Shown one piece after another: positions 30,954-40,564 of a stretch of 64,000 bases of DNA (position 1 is its first letter; each line of letters starts with the position of its first letter). Source of the stretch: a phage. Under the pieces are notes generated by a model. That model was not told the origin of the DNA. It did no database searches and saw only the letters and a program-made list of their open reading frames with translations. The position numbers were made by a program, and so were the translations under genes. The DNA is taken from the NCBI GenBank assembly GCA_018027755.1, contig GCA_018027755.1_4098.1. One strand, written 5' to 3'.

Positions 30954-31163
30954 TTAGTGCTTCTCGTTTTGTTTTTTAATTTTTTTATTAAAAGACTTAA
31001 CTAATAAGTCTCTATCTATTAATGGCATATTAAGGAGTGTTCCATAGTCAATGTTATCCATATATACAGAACATTCCATTAGTGCATTTTTGATTTCTGA
31101 CTTATTCAGTTCTATCTCCTTCAGTACTTCTTGTATTTCTTCAGGAGATGACTGGAGAAGCAT
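30954..31163 (-). CDS. hypothetical protein (69 aa)
   Basis: ORF whose start overlaps the stop of the upstream 278-aa gene; terminator immediately downstream. Confidence 0.45.
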   Translation of the reverse strand: MLLQSSPEEIQEVLKEIELNKSEIKNALMECSVYMDNIDYGTLLNMPLIDRDLLVKSFNKKIKKQNEKH

Positions 31164-31999
31164 TACTCGAAAAAATGACTAGGATCATATTTTAGTCCAT
31201 CAATTTCCCATTGATGATTACATCCATCACATTCTACTTCCATACTATGAGATACACCAATTTCAAGTACTTCATCCATTTTTTCACGAATTAGTTTAAG
31301 TACTCCCTTCGATTGTTGTCCAAGCCATTCATTAATAAATTCTTTTTCAACTACTTCATCACCATCTGGTGTTATAATTTTTGCAATAACTCCACCAATC
31401 ATATCGAAGTTAAGTTGAGCCATGTTTTCAAATACTTCAGAAAATATTTTTACTTTTTCATCTTTATCAATATCAGCAGTTTCAAGAAACTTAGTCTTCT
31501 GCTGCTCACTGAACATGCGTTCAGCAAACGATGAATATTCTTTCCATGTCAGTGGTCTAAATTCTAAACGGAGTCCATTATCTAAATCAATTGATGGGAT
31601 TTCTTCAAATGCTTGTGCAGTTTCAAGAAGATATGATAGATTACGTTCAAATCGACCTTCTTTTTCACATTCAGGACATACAACGTTAATATCATATGTT
31701 TCTTCTTTAGAAGCAACTTTAATAGCAATAAGAAGCATTTCAACGTCATTTACATACAACTCATCAGCGTCAATTACATTAGGAACACAGTTTTCAATAA
31801 CACGGGATACTGCATCTCCGTTTAGTAACATATCGGGGGTATTAAGTGTCATTTCATCACGTGCACTACGTGCACAAACTCCACATTTGACACCTTTTGG
31901 ACCTAGAACTCCTTCTTTATAAGGAATAACGCCGTTTGTAACTAACTTAGTACTGATCTCTTCAATTTTAGTGTACTTAGCAAGTGGATTCATAGCCAT
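31163..31999 (-). CDS. hypothetical zinc-binding protein (three CxxC motifs)
   Basis: 278 aa with CGVC, CPEC, CDGC motifs; acidic; function not recognized. Confidence 0.5.
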   Translation of the reverse strand: MAMNPLAKYTKIEEISTKLVTNGVIPYKEGVLGPKGVKCGVCARSARDEMTLNTPDMLLNGDAVSRVIENCVPNVIDADELYVNDVEMLLIAIKVASKEETYDINVVCPECEKEGRFERNLSYLLETAQAFEEIPSIDLDNGLRLEFRPLTWKEYSSFAERMFSEQQKTKFLETADIDKDEKVKIFSEVFENMAQLNFDMIGGVIAKIITPDGDEVVEKEFINEWLGQQSKGVLKLIREKMDEVLEIGVSHSMEVECDGCNHQWEIDGLKYDPSHFFE

Positions 32000-32129
32000 T
32001 TTATTAAATCTCCATGTAATAAATGTGTTTTAGTATTTATAAGACTAAAAAAGATTAAATTAAACTAATTTTTATATTCTCTATAGTTTCATAAATATTT
32101 CTATAATACATCTATTAAAAGGGAATGTT

Positions 32130-34334
32130 ATGGCTGGAAATACAAGTGATTACCTACTCCAGCAGTTGGTTAATCAAACTAAAGATAACAACGATAGTTT
32201 GAGTGCTATACGTGAGTTATTGGCTGAAAATATAAAAAATGATAGAAAGAAATCCGGTTCTAAAAGTGGAAAACGTAATGGAAGTAATTCATCAAGTACT
32301 GGAAACCGTGGCTCTCGAACAAATAACAAAGCTGATGATGGTAAAGAATTTGGAAAAATATTCAAATCATTATCATCTGAAGTATCGAATGTCGGCAAAA
32401 CTATGATGAGTACGTCTGCAAACGTTAGCAATGTTGTAAACTCACTAGGAATGAGTGCATCTTCATTTGCTGGTTCATTAGCAATGATCCCAGGTCCAGT
32501 TGGTGCAGCAGCATCTGCATTCAAATTGGTTGCTGACGCTGGTTTAGCAGTTTATAATGTGTTAAATGCACAGCTTGAAGTTTATAATAGAATAAACAGT
32601 GCTGGTGTCGCTCTATCTGAAGGTTACGGCTCCATATTAAAAGGTGCTGGTGCATCAATGATGAGTATTGATGCATTTGGTGAAGCATTACAAACTCATA
32701 GTGCCGTTGTTGCACAATTAGATGGTGCATATGGTGATGGTGTTTCTACATTTGGTAAATTATTGGGTACTGTGCAACAAGCACAAAATCAATTAGGTTT
32801 ATATGGTGTTTCTCAAAAAACATTAACTGATTTAACTGCACGTAATATTAAATTCCAAAAGCAATTTGGTGGAAGAGAAATGTTACGTAGTATGGATCAA
32901 GCAAAAAGTACTGAACAGTTTATCATGAGCATGACTAAGTTCAGTAAAAGTATGGGTGAGTCAGTTGATGCACTATTAAATAAAACACAAAACTTAGATA
33001 AATCATTAGACACACGTTCAATGCAAATCGCATTACAAAACTATTCTGGATTATCTAGTAAAGCAGCAGTTGCAACATCAAAAGCATTTAACGAAGCTGC
33101 TGCCAGTATGGGTGATGCTGGTGCAGATTTTCTACGTTTAATTTCACATCGTTTAACTATTGGTGGAGTACCAGATGATTTATTGACTCCAGTACTGAAC
33201 CAATTTGCTGATTTAGGTGAGAACTTGGTACGTAGTGGTGTTACTGATTCACAAGAAATTCGCCGTCAACAATTGGAATTTGTTAAAAAGAACAAAGAAC
33301 TAATAAAGCAAGATTTATTAAATCAGATACAATTAGGAAACACTACGGCAGCAACCTTCAACCAACAACTACTTGATATGGAAGCTGCGATTAATGATCC
33401 TAAGAGTCAACCAGCAGATAAACTAACACAATTCACTGATAGATTCAATAGATGGATTAGTAAAGAATTTACTGAACCATTTAATAAAATGTATGCAGAT
33501 ACACAAAATTCTATTGCGGATTACCTTACTGATATTGCAGACCGTACTGATGGTGCATGGGAATTTATCGGAGAGTTAGCACTTGATGGTTTTGGTTTGG
33601 TTCCTATTGCGAAAGATGCAGTTGCGTATTTGGATAGGATTGGTGGTGAGTTTGAGCAGTGGTTAGAAGGGTTAGGTACTGAAATTTTTGGTAGTGGATA
33701 TAATAAAGTTTCAGAAGCATTTGATAGCTTTATGAATAACCTAATGGATCTTCCTGGTAAACTTTGGGATTCTGTTAAAGGTTGGTTTGGTGGATCAGAC
33801 GACAAAGTAAAAGTAGAAAACAATTCTGTTACCGATGGTGCAGAAAAAGTTAATAATTATTTTGAAGAAAAAATGAATTCATTTGGTGATTATATTTCTA
33901 GTTCATTTGATGGTTTTTTAAAATGGAATTCAAGTAGAAACTTTAAACAACCAAAACCCCTTGATGAATCAGTTGCTGAAAAACTTATTAGTAGTGGTCT
34001 TGAAAATAAGCCAAGAGCAACTGCGAGAATCGAAAAATCTGAACATGTTGCACCATATGTTACCATAACTCCAAAAACTTTTGATAAATCAGCATGGGGT
34101 CCAAATGAACCACCAATTCAAGCTGAACCGGACGATTATGAGGCCATGAAAGCGATGATAAATAGTGGTAGTAGTATGGCAAATGCTAATAATAATGCCA
34201 CAATATCAGAAGACATGAAAGAGTTACTTAAAAAACTTGCTGATGTTAATGAGCAATCTCTATCTGCTGTGCAACAGACAAATAACTATCTAAGAACTAT
34301 CTCTGAAAACACTCAAGGTGAGAGAAACAGTTAA
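32130..34334 (+). CDS. hypothetical virion protein (734 aa) with basic low-complexity N-terminus
   Basis: first gene of the head-module operon, immediately upstream of portal-like gene; N-terminal KSGSKSGKRNGSNSSSTGNRGSR tract, Ala/Gly-rich core. Confidence 0.5.
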   Translation: MAGNTSDYLLQQLVNQTKDNNDSLSAIRELLAENIKNDRKKSGSKSGKRNGSNSSSTGNRGSRTNNKADDGKEFGKIFKSLSSEVSNVGKTMMSTSANVSNVVNSLGMSASSFAGSLAMIPGPVGAAASAFKLVADAGLAVYNVLNAQLEVYNRINSAGVALSEGYGSILKGAGASMMSIDAFGEALQTHSAVVAQLDGAYGDGVSTFGKLLGTVQQAQNQLGLYGVSQKTLTDLTARNIKFQKQFGGREMLRSMDQAKSTEQFIMSMTKFSKSMGESVDALLNKTQNLDKSLDTRSMQIALQNYSGLSSKAAVATSKAFNEAAASMGDAGADFLRLISHRLTIGGVPDDLLTPVLNQFADLGENLVRSGVTDSQEIRRQQLEFVKKNKELIKQDLLNQIQLGNTTAATFNQQLLDMEAAINDPKSQPADKLTQFTDRFNRWISKEFTEPFNKMYADTQNSIADYLTDIADRTDGAWEFIGELALDGFGLVPIAKDAVAYLDRIGGEFEQWLEGLGTEIFGSGYNKVSEAFDSFMNNLMDLPGKLWDSVKGWFGGSDDKVKVENNSVTDGAEKVNNYFEEKMNSFGDYISSSFDGFLKWNSSRNFKQPKPLDESVAEKLISSGLENKPRATARIEKSEHVAPYVTITPKTFDKSAWGPNEPPIQAEPDDYEAMKAMINSGSSMANANNNATISEDMKELLKKLADVNEQSLSAVQQTNNYLRTISENTQGERNS

Positions 34335-34345
34335 GGACGAAAATA

Positions 34346-36085
34346 ATGAGTTGGAAACGACATATGACAGTGGGAAGGTCTAAACTATCGACCATCCCAA
34401 ATCAGTCCAGTAATAGCAATAAATCAACAGGAACGAAAACAAATTTCGCTTCCTATCTTCCTGTTGTATATAATGGATTGGCAAATCGTACTGAGCGTTA
34501 TAGTCAGTATGAGCAAATGGACCAAGATCCTGAAATTAGAACTGCATTGAATATAATTGCTGACTTTTGTACCCAAAGTACTGAAGATTTTGGTTTACCA
34601 TATAAAATCAAATATAAAGATGATATTGGTGATACTGAAGTAACGACTATTGAAGATCGTTTAGATGCATGGACTGAACAAAATGATTTTAAAACACGAA
34701 TGTATGAAATTGTGCGTGGTCTTCTGAAATATGGTGATCAATTTTTCATTCGAGATCCAGAAACATTCGATTGGTATTGGGTAAGTCCCAAAAATGTTGA
34801 GCAAGTATTTGTTAACGAAGCCACTGGTAAAACACCAGTAATTTATTATATACGTGACGTATCATTAAATTTGAAAGATAAAGTTTTTAGTAACCTTCAA
34901 GTAGGATTTGATAAAACCGCTTATCCAGGAGCTATTCCAACAACAATGGGTGGTGGTGGTTCAGTAGCTGCTGGTGGTGCATCTGGTTTTACAAGTCAAG
35001 GAAATACCGCTGATCCATTCAGTACTAACGGTCAACTAGATGTTATCCCAGTAGGTGCAGAACACGTTATTCACCTGACACTAAATACAGGACAAGATGG
35101 AGTATGGCCCTTTGGTACTAGTATACTTGAGGACGTATTTAAAGTCTATAAACAAAAAGAACTTCTGGAAGATAGTATTATTATCTATCGTGTTCAACGT
35201 GCACCGGAACGTCGCGTATTTAAAATCGATGTCGGTGATATGCAAGCTCACCAAGCAATGGCATATGTTGAAAGATTTAAAAATGAAATCCACCAGCGTA
35301 GAATACCTTCAAACAAAGGTGGAAGTACTTCACTAATGGATGCAGCGTATAATCCATTAAGCATTTTAGAAGACTACTTTTTCCCACAAACTTCTGAAGG
35401 TCGTGGTTCAGATGTTCAAACATTACCAGGCGGTGATAACTTAGGACAAATTGATGACTTACGTTATTTCAATAATAAATTGATTCGTGGTCTTCAAATA
35501 CCAGCTTCATATCTACCACAAGGTCCAGATGATGGTGGTGTTTCATTATTTGGTGATGGTGCTACACAAGCTATGGCAAGTGAATTGCGATTCAATAATC
35601 AATGTATGCGTTATCAACGTTTAGTTGCAAAACATTTTGATGCTGAATTCAAAAGATTTATGATTAAAAATGGATATAACATTAGTACTTCATCTTTTGA
35701 AGTTATTATGAATCCACCTATTAACTTAGCTTCTTATCGTAAAGCTGAACTAGATGCTAAACTAATTAATACATATCTTCCTCTTAATGACTTGCCTTAT
35801 ATGGCGAAACAAACAATTCTTGAAAAAATGGGCTTTTCTAAAGCTGATATTGTTAAGAATGAACAAATGTGGTTACAAGAGAATCCACAAGATGGTTCCC
35901 AACCTTCTGGTGGTGAAGAAGATTCCGCAGGATTGCAGTCTGTTGGTATTGATGCTCCAAATGATCCTGGAATGGATCTTGGTATTGATGGAGAAGGTAA
36001 TTTGGAAAGTGCTGATGCCGAATATCAAGAGCAACAGAGTGGAAGTGGTGGTTTCGACCCTAATAATTTAGGCAATTCTTTTTAA
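34346..36085 (+). CDS. portal protein, gp20-like (by position and size)
   Basis: 579 aa; sits directly upstream of gp67-like, core protein, gp21 and gp22/gp23 homologs in T4 gene order; no independent motif confirmation. Confidence 0.5.
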   Translation: MSWKRHMTVGRSKLSTIPNQSSNSNKSTGTKTNFASYLPVVYNGLANRTERYSQYEQMDQDPEIRTALNIIADFCTQSTEDFGLPYKIKYKDDIGDTEVTTIEDRLDAWTEQNDFKTRMYEIVRGLLKYGDQFFIRDPETFDWYWVSPKNVEQVFVNEATGKTPVIYYIRDVSLNLKDKVFSNLQVGFDKTAYPGAIPTTMGGGGSVAAGGASGFTSQGNTADPFSTNGQLDVIPVGAEHVIHLTLNTGQDGVWPFGTSILEDVFKVYKQKELLEDSIIIYRVQRAPERRVFKIDVGDMQAHQAMAYVERFKNEIHQRRIPSNKGGSTSLMDAAYNPLSILEDYFFPQTSEGRGSDVQTLPGGDNLGQIDDLRYFNNKLIRGLQIPASYLPQGPDDGGVSLFGDGATQAMASELRFNNQCMRYQRLVAKHFDAEFKRFMIKNGYNISTSSFEVIMNPPINLASYRKAELDAKLINTYLPLNDLPYMAKQTILEKMGFSKADIVKNEQMWLQENPQDGSQPSGGEEDSAGLQSVGIDAPNDPGMDLGIDGEGNLESADAEYQEQQSGSGGFDPNNLGNSF

Positions 36086-36157
36086 ACATAAATAACAGTG
36101 TATAAGAATGAGGGTTTATTTTACCCTCATTTATAATGCATATTTCAAGGAGATCAA

Positions 36158-36385
36158 ATGTTAAAGGACATCTTTGAATCTAGCAGTGATTCAATGTACG
36201 ACCCTGAAGATGATCAGAACGTATATAAAATTACTGATTCCAGAAAACCGAAACTAACATTACAAGTATTAAACAACTTAAGAAAGTACCGTGAATTTAA
36301 AGCACATGAAGAACAACGCCGCAAAAATGTGGTTGCAGTTGTTTATGCCGCTGCACCAACAGGTGACGGTTCTGGGTTAATGTAA
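36158..36385 (+). CDS. prohead core protein, gp67-like (by position)
   Basis: 75-aa ORF between portal-like and acidic core protein genes, as T4 gene 67. Confidence 0.4.
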   Translation: MLKDIFESSSDSMYDPEDDQNVYKITDSRKPKLTLQVLNNLRKYREFKAHEEQRRKNVVAVVYAAAPTGDGSGLM

Positions 36386-36474
36386 ATCAAAAATCGCACT
36401 TTTTAAAGCTTTTAAAAAAGGCGATTTTATTCAGTACTAAATAATATCATACTTTATACGAATGTAATATATCT

Positions 36475-37323
36475 ATGGAGGATATAATGGCGAATTTAAA
36501 ACTACTACAAGAAGCAATTGCGGCGTTTGCAAATGGCGAACAAGATATTGCTGATAAAAAAATGCGTAAGTATTTCGTTGAGCAAGCTCAAGAAATTAAC
36601 AAACAACTAGAAGAAAGCATGGAAGATGAAGATTGTGAAGTCGAAGTTAAAGTCAAAGATGAAGAAAAGCTTGACGAAGATTTTGATGTACAACCAGACG
36701 AAGGTCTAAATGCTGAAATCGAATACACCCTTGGTGAAGAAGATGAAAGTGCAGAAGAAGAAGTTGAATTCTCTGCTGATGAAGATGGTGACGGTGAAGA
36801 CGATGTTGACGTTGAAGTGAAAGCTGATGCTGATGTTCCTTCCGAAGACCAATGGGAATCAATCCAAGATGCTTTCCGTGGCCTACAACAAATGTTTGAT
36901 GAAATCGGTGACGGTGAAGTTGATCTAGATTCTGAAGAAGAAGTAGAAGATAGCGAAGAAGAAGTTGGCGTTGACGGTGACGACGAATTTGCTGATGTTG
37001 AATTCGGTGATGAAAAATTCGGTGAATCCTTCAAACTAGAAAAAGTTGCTCCAGTTGATAAGAAAGAAAAAGCTGGCACTCATTCCAAATCTCCAGTAGC
37101 ACCAGAAGCTAAATCTCCAGTAGCAGGAGCAGAGCCAGTTAAATTCGCTAAGAAAACTGACCAAGCACCACTACTAGACCTAGATGATAAATCTGTTCTA
37201 CCAAAAGATAGTCTAGATCTTGGTAAAAATGCTCGCGGTGAAATGAAAGATGTTAAAGCACCAAAAACTACTGCATCTAATTCTAAATCACCACTAAGCA
37301 AAGCACAACCTAAACTAAAATAA
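36475..37323 (+). CDS. highly acidic prohead core/scaffold-type protein (gp68-like position)
   Basis: 282 aa, long Glu/Asp tracts; likely start ATG 36487 after GGAGG; T4-late-like leader shared with capsid gene. Confidence 0.45.
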   Translation: MEDIMANLKLLQEAIAAFANGEQDIADKKMRKYFVEQAQEINKQLEESMEDEDCEVEVKVKDEEKLDEDFDVQPDEGLNAEIEYTLGEEDESAEEEVEFSADEDGDGEDDVDVEVKADADVPSEDQWESIQDAFRGLQQMFDEIGDGEVDLDSEEEVEDSEEEVGVDGDDEFADVEFGDEKFGESFKLEKVAPVDKKEKAGTHSKSPVAPEAKSPVAGAEPVKFAKKTDQAPLLDLDDKSVLPKDSLDLGKNARGEMKDVKAPKTTASNSKSPLSKAQPKLK

Positions 37324-37343
37324 ATATCTGAAAGGAGATCATT

Positions 37344-37967
37344 ATGAGTAGTATGATTCGTGAATGGTCTTCATTCAATGATTCTAAAGTTGTTTTGGAA
37401 CATCGTGATAATGGATTTGGTGGGCGTGACTGCTATCTTCGTGGTATTGCTATTCAAGCCGACCAACGAAATTTGAACGAGAGAATTTACCCTTTATCTG
37501 AAATTACAAGGGCAGTAAATAACATGAACCAGCGTTTAGCTAAAGGTGAAAGCATTCTTGTTGAATGTGACCATCCAGAAACACTAACTATTAACCTAGA
37601 CCGAGTAGCAGCAATGATTACTAAGGTTTGGATGGAAGGTGCTAATGGTATGGCAGAAATCAAACTACTTGATACTGCACATGGTCAAAATATCCGTAAA
37701 ATGCTAGAGGCTGGTGTAAAACTTGGTGTAAGTTCTCGCGGTTCCGGTAACGTTGATTATAATGGAATAGTTTCTGATTTTGAAATTATCACTATTGATA
37801 TTGTTGCTCAACCTAGTGCTCCAGAAGCATACCCAACAGCGGTATTTGAATCTCTGATGAGTAAGTACGGATCACCTTGTAATAGTTCTAAAAAAATCAC
37901 TGAATCTAAAAAAGTAAATAATTTAGATTCTGAAATATACGATTTTTTCAAGAAATTAAAAGGTTAA
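37344..37967 (+). CDS. prohead core protease, gp21-like
   Basis: GVKLGVSSRGSGNV and IDIVAQPSAPEAYP match T4 gp21 GVELGVSSRGYGSV / IDLVMTPSTPEAIP. Confidence 0.8.
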   Translation: MSSMIREWSSFNDSKVVLEHRDNGFGGRDCYLRGIAIQADQRNLNERIYPLSEITRAVNNMNQRLAKGESILVECDHPETLTINLDRVAAMITKVWMEGANGMAEIKLLDTAHGQNIRKMLEAGVKLGVSSRGSGNVDYNGIVSDFEIITIDIVAQPSAPEAYPTAVFESLMSKYGSPCNSSKKITESKKVNNLDSEIYDFFKKLKG

Positions 37968-37978
37968 CATTTTAAAAA

Positions 37979-38011
37979 TATAAATATCTGTATGTTGAAG
38001 TACAGATATTT
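37979..38011 (+). promoter_or_regulatory. T4-late-type promoter TATAAATA followed by 11-bp-stem hairpin in scaffold gene leader
   Basis: TATAAATA at 37979-37986; inverted repeat aaatatctgta/tacagatattt (37982-37992/38001-38011) before RBS AAGGAG. Confidence 0.45.
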
Positions 38012-38033
38012 CAGTACTTAAAGGAGAGAACGA

Positions 38034-39149
38034 ATGTCTAAATTAGAAAAGCTTCTAAAAGAATCATCTCTTTCTGATGAGGCAAAACAGCTAATTCAGG
38101 AAGCATGGAATGAAGAAAAGAACACACTAGCCGCAGAGATGCGTGAAGAAATGAAAGGCCGTTATCAGCAAGATTTGGCTGAACTAACCGAAGGTTTGAA
38201 CACTATGGTTACTCAAGTCATTGCTGAAGAAATGGGTGCTGTATATGAAGAGAAAAAACGTCTTGTTGAAGATCGTGTAACTCTACGTAAAACACTAAGC
38301 AATTTCTCTGCGTTTTCAAACTCTGTTTTGGCTGAAGAAGTTAAACAAATGCGTAAAGAACGTAAGCATCTTCATGAATGCATGGGTAAATTCGTTAATT
38401 TTTCTAACGGTATCCTAGCAGAAGAGCTAAAAGAATTCCACACTGAAAAACGTCAACTAGTTGAAACTCGCGTTAAACTACTTGCTGAAGGTTCACGTCA
38501 AATTGCTGAAGCTCGTAATAACTTCATCAAACGTACATCTGAAAGTGCTGCTAAATATATTGCAGAAACCACTCAGAAGAATCTATATGCGTTGAAACAA
38601 GATCTAGTGGAAGCAAAACAAAATATGTTTGGTCGTAAAATCTTTGAAGCATTTGCTCAAGAGTTTAATGTCAAACAATTTAATGAAAACTCATTGCTAC
38701 GTTCCCTAACTGAATCAATTAAATCTAAAGAAGATGAAATTGCTCAAGTTAAGCAAGAACTACATGAAACTGCTAATGCGGTTAAAGCTGCTAAAACCAA
38801 ACTACGTATTATGGAAGATGCACAAGCACGTAATGCGATTATGTCTGAACTAGTAAAACCACTAACTGCACAGCAAAAACAAATTATGGAATCTCTTCTA
38901 GCTACTTCACCTACTGAAAAGCTTAAAGAAGATTTCAGCAAGTACCATAAGTCAGTACTTAACGGTACTAAAGTAAATGAATCTGCTACCACTCGTCAAG
39001 CAGTTCAGTCTTCCGCTAAGAAAACTCTTGCAGAAGGTAAAGTAATCACTGGCAACCGTCAGGCTATTGTTGAAAGCGAAGAAATGACCGCTGACGATAT
39101 GGCATTCCTAAAAGAACTCGATGTTCTTTCAGGTATCAATAAAAAATAA
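38034..39149 (+). CDS. prohead scaffolding protein, gp22-like
   Basis: 371 aa, Glu/Lys/Ala-rich predicted coiled coil, between protease and major capsid genes. Confidence 0.6.
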   Translation: MSKLEKLLKESSLSDEAKQLIQEAWNEEKNTLAAEMREEMKGRYQQDLAELTEGLNTMVTQVIAEEMGAVYEEKKRLVEDRVTLRKTLSNFSAFSNSVLAEEVKQMRKERKHLHECMGKFVNFSNGILAEELKEFHTEKRQLVETRVKLLAEGSRQIAEARNNFIKRTSESAAKYIAETTQKNLYALKQDLVEAKQNMFGRKIFEAFAQEFNVKQFNENSLLRSLTESIKSKEDEIAQVKQELHETANAVKAAKTKLRIMEDAQARNAIMSELVKPLTAQQKQIMESLLATSPTEKLKEDFSKYHKSVLNGTKVNESATTRQAVQSSAKKTLAEGKVITGNRQAIVESEEMTADDMAFLKELDVLSGINKK

Positions 39150-39187
39150 ACATTTTAAAGCATTTTAATAATCAAATTTTTCAGTTC

Positions 39188-39195
39188 TATAAATA
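39188..39195 (+). promoter_or_regulatory. T4-late-type promoter (TATAAATA) for major capsid gene
   Basis: exact TATAAATA about 45 bp upstream of capsid ATG; leader motif aaataatatcatact...acgaat shared with 36438-36470. Confidence 0.55.
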
Positions 39196-39240
39196 ATATC
39201 ATACTGAAAAACGAATATAACATCTTTAAGGAGATATATA

Positions 39241-40416
39241 ATGTCACAACTACTAAATGAATCCAAATGGGTAGCAGTAAAAGAGAAACTAGTTGAAGGT
39301 CTACAGGGTACTCGTAAGTCTGTAATGGAAACTGTTCTTGATAACCATCGTAAAGTTATGCTAACTGAATCCGCAACTTCTGGTGCAACTACCGCTGGTA
39401 ACATCGCTACTCTAAACAAAGTGATTCTACCAATTATGCGTCGTGTAATGCCAACCGTTATTGCTAACGAAATCATCGGTGTTCAACCTATGACTGGTCC
39501 AGTTGGTCAGATCCACACCCTACGTGTACAATATGCTGATAACGCACCTGGTGTAATCGCTGGTGAAGAAATGCTTTCTCCATACAAAATCGCTAAATCT
39601 TACTCTGGTGATCTAAATGCGGATAATAGCAACCCACAAGCTGCTCCTACTAGCCAACTAGAAGGTACTATGGGTCGTCGCGTTAACATCCGTATTCTAC
39701 GTGAAACTGTTGAAGCGAAATCTCGTCGTCTATCTGCACGTTGGACTGTTGAATCTGCACAAGATGCTCAATCCCAACATGGTGTTGACGTTGAAGCAGA
39801 ACTAATGGCTGCAATCGCTCAAGAAGTTACTGTAGAAATCGACCAAGAGCTACTAAGCCGTCTACGTGCACTACCTGGTGCTGCTGCTGTAACTTATGAC
39901 CAATCTAAAGTTACTGGTGTTGCAACCTTCGTTGGTGATGAGCACGCTGCTCTAGCTACTCTAATTAACCGTCAAGCAAACGAAGTTGCTCGTCGTACTA
40001 AGCGTGGTGCTGCAAACTGGGCTGTTGTTTCCCCAACTGCACTAACCATTCTACAATCTGCTACTACTTCTAGCTTTGCACGTACCACTGAAGGTACTTT
40101 TGAAGCACCAACTAACGTTAAGTTTGTAGGTACTCTAAACAGCACTATGCGTATTTTCGTTGATACCTATGCTAGTGATGCAGAAGATATTCTAATTGGT
40201 TATAAAGGTAATGCGGAAACTGATGCTGGTGTATTCTATTGCCCATACATCCCACTAATGGCTTCTGGTACTGTAATGGACCCTAACACTGGTGAACTCG
40301 TGACCACATTTTTAACACGCTATGGCTACGTTCAGCTAACCGACAGTACTTCATCTCTTGGTAACGCTGCTGACTACTACAGCAAAATCGCTATCAAAAA
40401 CGTTACTTTCATGTAA
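39241..40416 (+). CDS. major capsid protein, gp23-like
   Basis: VIANEIIGVQPMTGPVGQIHTLRV, VEAKSRRLSARW, ILIGYKGNAETDAGVFYCPY match T4 gp23 LIAFDICGVQPMNSPTGQVFALRA, IEAKSRQLKAAY, GYKGPNEMDAGIYYAPY. Confidence 0.9.
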   Translation: MSQLLNESKWVAVKEKLVEGLQGTRKSVMETVLDNHRKVMLTESATSGATTAGNIATLNKVILPIMRRVMPTVIANEIIGVQPMTGPVGQIHTLRVQYADNAPGVIAGEEMLSPYKIAKSYSGDLNADNSNPQAAPTSQLEGTMGRRVNIRILRETVEAKSRRLSARWTVESAQDAQSQHGVDVEAELMAAIAQEVTVEIDQELLSRLRALPGAAAVTYDQSKVTGVATFVGDEHAALATLINRQANEVARRTKRGAANWAVVSPTALTILQSATTSSFARTTEGTFEAPTNVKFVGTLNSTMRIFVDTYASDAEDILIGYKGNAETDAGVFYCPYIPLMASGTVMDPNTGELVTTFLTRYGYVQLTDSTSSLGNAADYYSKIAIKNVTFM

Positions 40417-40460
40417 TTATAAACGATTTAAAAGATTTAATCAAGAATATAAAAACAATA

Positions 40461-40490
40461 GGGACTCTTCGGAGTCCCTTTTCTTTTGTG
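40461..40490 (+). terminator. intrinsic terminator after major capsid gene
   Basis: gggactc-ttcg-gagtccc hairpin followed by T-rich run. Confidence 0.65.
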
Positions 40491-40502
40491 TTAAAAAAAT
40501 GC

Positions 40503-40531
40503 TTGACAGAATATTTTTAATTATATATAAT
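40503..40531 (+). promoter_or_regulatory. consensus sigma70 promoter (TTGACA-17 nt-TATAAT)
   Basis: TTGACA 40503-40508, 17-nt spacer, TATAAT 40526-40531, directly upstream of homing-endonuclease-like ORF. Confidence 0.55.
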
Positions 40532-40564
40532 TATCAAATCGAAACCAAGTTGAGTAAATTGAAA

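Noticed and set aside
36588-37079. Antisense and overlapping ORFs inside known genes (e.g. 2176-2463, 2548-2886, 3655-4269, 36588-37079, 31422-31922, 58123-58482, 61841-62206)
   Set aside because: They lie wholly within well-supported genes on the opposite strand or another frame, have low-complexity composition mirroring the sense gene, and lack RBS; treated as shadow ORFs.
36475-37323. Acidic 282-aa protein as a DNA mimic or anti-restriction factor
   Set aside because: It sits between portal and prohead protease exactly where T4 encodes prohead core/scaffold proteins, so acidity is explained by a head-assembly role.
40358-40564. 5' extension of the homing endonuclease ORF overlapping the capsid gene
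   Set aside because: The extension runs through the capsid gene 3' end, its terminator hairpin and a consensus promoter; the real start is downstream at about 40565.
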